From: Octopus sinensis
Lineage: Eukaryota
Length of the DNA stretch: 64,000 nt
Assembly (NCBI RefSeq): GCF_006345805.1
Contig: NC_043020.1
Location: 1,612,001-1,676,000 of the forward strand
Direction: 5' to 3'
In this document: positions 62,977-64,000 of the stretch, in pieces
Position numbering within the stretch: position 1 is the stretch's first letter
Layout of the letters: every line of letters starts with the position of its first letter
Translations under genes and position numbers: made by a program
Notes under the pieces: model-generated
Seen by the model: only the letters and a program-made list of their open reading frames with translations
Databases searched by the model: none
Told to the model about the DNA's origin: nothing

Positions 62977-63490
62977 TCTATATATATAAAACTGTAGTTG
63001 TGTGAGTGTCTGTCCCCTTCGATTTAGATTCCTAACTACTCCCACATTTTGCGGTGCAGTTTAACCAAATTCGGGTATCTTATAGTCGTGATTAATATCG
63101 AGCCCGTCTGGCTATTAGCGCGCGTCAACGATGAGTCTACGATTTTAAAAATAATTTAACATCATTTTTTATTCCATTTTAATGCATAATTTTTCGTGTG
63201 TCGATGGCGGCGGAGTTGGCGTCCACGCTCACAGCTGCACCTGTGTTGCTTCTCCCCATTCTTCCCTCCCCCGTGAAGCTGTGGGGAAGGGAGTGTAAGG
63301 AAATCAACGTCGTAAAGCGTTGTCAAGGAGACCAGCGTTCTTTTAGAACAACGACTTCATGGCTTGAAGACACCAAAACAGAAATGGCTAAGAAAGCCCG
63401 AATTGGCATCTATAAGGGAAGTAACTCTCTAAAAATGCTTATATAGTTATTTCCCTTACAAACCCGAGCAATGCCGGGCGATACTGCTAG
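62977..63490 (+). mobile_element. Non-autonomous Helitron, long form, complete (514 bp)
   Basis: A|TC...cccgagcaatgccggg hairpin...CTAG|T. Confidence 0.82.
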
Positions 63491-64000
63491 TTGTTTATAA
63501 TTAATCATGCTTTATTTTGTAGCTATAAAGTTTTCATGATGAGATTGTATATTTCTTGAATGGCATTGAAGGGTAGGTGTGATAGGTTGGATCTGACTAG
63601 TTAGAGCATAAAACAGGAAGCATATTTGGGCCGGATATGGCCTGTTTAAATACTAAAGGGTTAATATCTTTACCTTTTAATTCAAGATAGAATGGTGTGA
63701 TTTAAAGGGATCTGGTTGGCGTTTTTAGCAGAATCAACGACTAAATAGACGCTCTGGTGTAAGATGTATACCGCACAAAATATCTTACAGTGATTAGCTA
63801 AGTGAGTTTTCACTCTGAGATCACATCATCATCTCGTGTCTGGGTCAAGTTTGATTTTCATCCCTCTCGACTAGATAAAAGGAGGGTCAATGAAACCAAC
63901 ATAAATGAAAATAATCCCCTCGAAAGAAGTTTATTTTAGAAATATTTTACATTTATCAAGTCATCCCATAAGTAATGTCCAGACTTCTTCATTTGAAATT

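Overview
AT-rich, microsatellite-saturated eukaryotic DNA. The SINE, microsatellite and DNA-transposon content suggests an octopus (coleoid cephalopod), which is an inference. The window holds two paralogous multi-exon ionotropic glutamate receptor superfamily genes (iGluR/IR-like, with a long N-terminal domain) arranged head to head. Gene A is on the minus strand: 12 coding exons from ATG 23066 down to 1125, with the M4 exon not found in the window. Gene B is on the plus strand: 9 coding exons from about 50714 to 62746, running off the right edge. I reconstructed the exons by hand from splice sites, and all eight shared introns match in position and phase. Gene A has Lys-Glu in place of Gln-Gln at the Q/R pore site, a SYTAHLVAF gate and a non-glutamate-type S2 lobe. 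Gene B exon 2 is 1 nt shorter than its paralogue (155 vs 156 nt), which causes a frameshift. Four minimal hammerhead-ribozyme-like motifs (Penelope type) lie in introns, all sense to their host gene. The rest is tRNA-derived SINEs, non-autonomous Helitrons, Tc1/mariner, hAT, RTE and R4 relics, several long hairpins, a 28-bp minisatellite with higher-order structure, and a 100-N scaffold gap. Most ORF-track entries are microsatellite or SINE artefacts.
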